From positions 5,615 through 69,614 of the IMG/VR virus record IMGVR_UViG_3300044492_000149: a stretch of 64,000 nucleotides of DNA. The stretch is one strand, 5' to 3'. Source of the DNA: a virus. The notes beneath the pieces were generated by a model. It saw only the letters and a program-made list of their open reading frames with translations, was not told the origin of the DNA and ran no database searches. Numbering within the stretch: the first letter of the stretch is position 1; the number at the start of each line of letters is the position of its first letter. The translations under genes and the position numbers were made by a program. This document shows, one piece after another, positions 62,722-64,000 of the stretch.

Positions 62722-63414
62722 ATGGACGATCTGACAAAGACGAAACAGAACAATCTCGTCAACCTCCAGAAAAATTACTTCCAGCAGTACGGTGAGGCCG
62801 TCTCGGGCCAACAGACGATCGTGGGCTCGTTGCTGAAGTTCAGCAAGGGCCACTGGCTGAAGGGAGCGGAGGAAGAGGAAGTGGTGGCAGCTACGAAGTT
62901 CGTCGTGAACATGGACGAGATGTTCACGGGGTTCCAGTGCTGGAAGGACAACAAGCCCGTCGAGCACCGGCGGGGGAAGATCTCGGAAGGCTGGGCACCG
63001 CCTAAGCGCGCCGAGCTGGGCGACATGGACCAGGAGCAGTGGGAGCTCGACACGAACGACAAGCCCCGCGACCCCTGGCAGTTCAACAACTGGCTCCTCA
63101 TGAAGCCTGTGGGCAAACGGTACAGCACGGACGTCGCCCTCACGTTCATCACGTCAAGTCAGGGCGGCATCAGCGCTGTAGGAAAGTTCACGAAGGCCTA
63201 CGGCGACCAGATGGCGCAGCACGAAGACGAGTGGCCGATCATCGAGATTGGTTCTGAGTCGTACAAGCACTCGAACAAGGAGTTCGGCCGCATCGAGAAG
63301 CCGATCCTTACCCTGGTAGGGTGGGAGAAGAAATCCTTGTTCGTCGTTGAAGACGAGGAAGCCGCCGCCGAGCCCGAGCCCGCGCAGACGACGAGGAAGG
63401 GCCGCCGCAGATAA
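62722..63414 (+). CDS. Putative single-stranded DNA-binding / annealing protein
   Basis: LLKFSKGHW, PRDPWQ, acidic tail; follows exonuclease; function inferred. Confidence 0.6.
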   Translation: MDDLTKTKQNNLVNLQKNYFQQYGEAVSGQQTIVGSLLKFSKGHWLKGAEEEEVVAATKFVVNMDEMFTGFQCWKDNKPVEHRRGKISEGWAPPKRAELGDMDQEQWELDTNDKPRDPWQFNNWLLMKPVGKRYSTDVALTFITSSQGGISAVGKFTKAYGDQMAQHEDEWPIIEIGSESYKHSNKEFGRIEKPILTLVGWEKKSLFVVEDEEAAAEPEPAQTTRKGRRR

Positions 63415-63431
63415 AACTGTGTTTCAAACAG

Positions 63432-63461
63432 ACCCTCGCTGCTTCTAGCAGCGGGGGTTTT
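63432..63461 (+). terminator. Rho-independent terminator
   Basis: ACCCTCGCTGC-ttcta-GCAGCGGGGGT-TTTT. Confidence 0.75.
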
Positions 63462-63475
63462 CAATGGAGGTAACC

Positions 63476-63709
63476 GTGGCACGAACTATAGTCCCCGCTC
63501 AGCCAGGACACGAAGTAATATTAGAAAACGGTGATCGTTTCCCTATCATCGCTTGGTCGGTCATAGACGATGCACTACTTCGTCCTTTCCCTGTGACTTA
63601 TCATCCATTGCCGCAAATGGAGAAACTCACGACGATCCGTTACCCTGACGGCCGGGTGTACGACGGGAGCAAATGGTATGAGAGCGTCGAAGCCTGGCAG
63701 GCTAGATAA
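63476..63709 (+). CDS. Hypothetical protein
   Basis: GGAGG RBS before GTG; IVPAQPG...PIIAW...PDGRV. Confidence 0.65.
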   Translation: MARTIVPAQPGHEVILENGDRFPIIAWSVIDDALLRPFPVTYHPLPQMEKLTTIRYPDGRVYDGSKWYESVEAWQAR

Positions 63710-63763
63710 AACTGTGTCACAGTAAAAAACAGTCATCTTCAAAAAATAGGCGTGGTACAAAAG

Positions 63764-63797
63764 GACCCCAGCACCGCGGCGTAGGTGCTGGGGTTTC
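63764..63797 (+). terminator. Hairpin, possible terminator or leader structure
   Basis: GACCCCAGCACC-gcggcgta-GGTGCTGGGGTTT. Confidence 0.5.
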
Positions 63798-64000
63798 AAT
63801 GTAACCTGACGGTTCAATCCACTGGAGGGGGGCTCATTATGGACTAAATCATCAGCAGCACGAAGGCTCTCCTCAGCATCCCTACCAACGAGAGCCCTTA
63901 CTCAACCACCACAACCGGAAAGGCTGTAGTCCCTACAACCCACAACAAGAAAGGTTGCAGTTATGCCATCCAATAATCATTCAGCGGGTGGAAGTAAACC

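Noticed and set aside
1-64000. Integrase, repressor/att site, tRNA or rRNA genes
   Set aside because: None recognised; lifestyle cannot be settled because the genome extends beyond the window

Overview
About 64 kb of a tailed dsDNA phage genome with a contractile tail; an alphaproteobacterial (Rhizobiales-like) host is inferred, not shown. 1-38 kb (+): the end of a PBSX-type terminase, a GIY-YIG endonuclease, an HK97-like portal/protease/capsid, a Mu-like sheath, tube and baseplate, several tail fibres and a lysis module. The structural proteins are unusually Cys-rich, and two PEP-CTERM-like genes plus a sigma4/alphaCTD-like gene interrupt the tail operon. 38-44.4 kb (-): small accessory ORFs and a family A DNA polymerase. 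44.4-64 kb: early genes (amidoligase, two gamma-glutamylcyclotransferases, UvrD-like helicase), nucleotide metabolism and DNA-modification genes, a Cas4-like nuclease and a probable SSB. The most striking element is at 58.26-59.90 kb: a stand-alone RAMP/Cas7-like gene followed by two non-coding arrays with strict 5-nt periodicity (conserved AGY plus variable NN), split into 45-70 nt units by a conserved AGTCR-AAGCA-GGC junction. This looks like a programmable RNA-guided system that is not CRISPR. No integrase, tRNA, rRNA or canonical CRISPR array was seen. All product calls come from motif recognition by eye; no database search was run.
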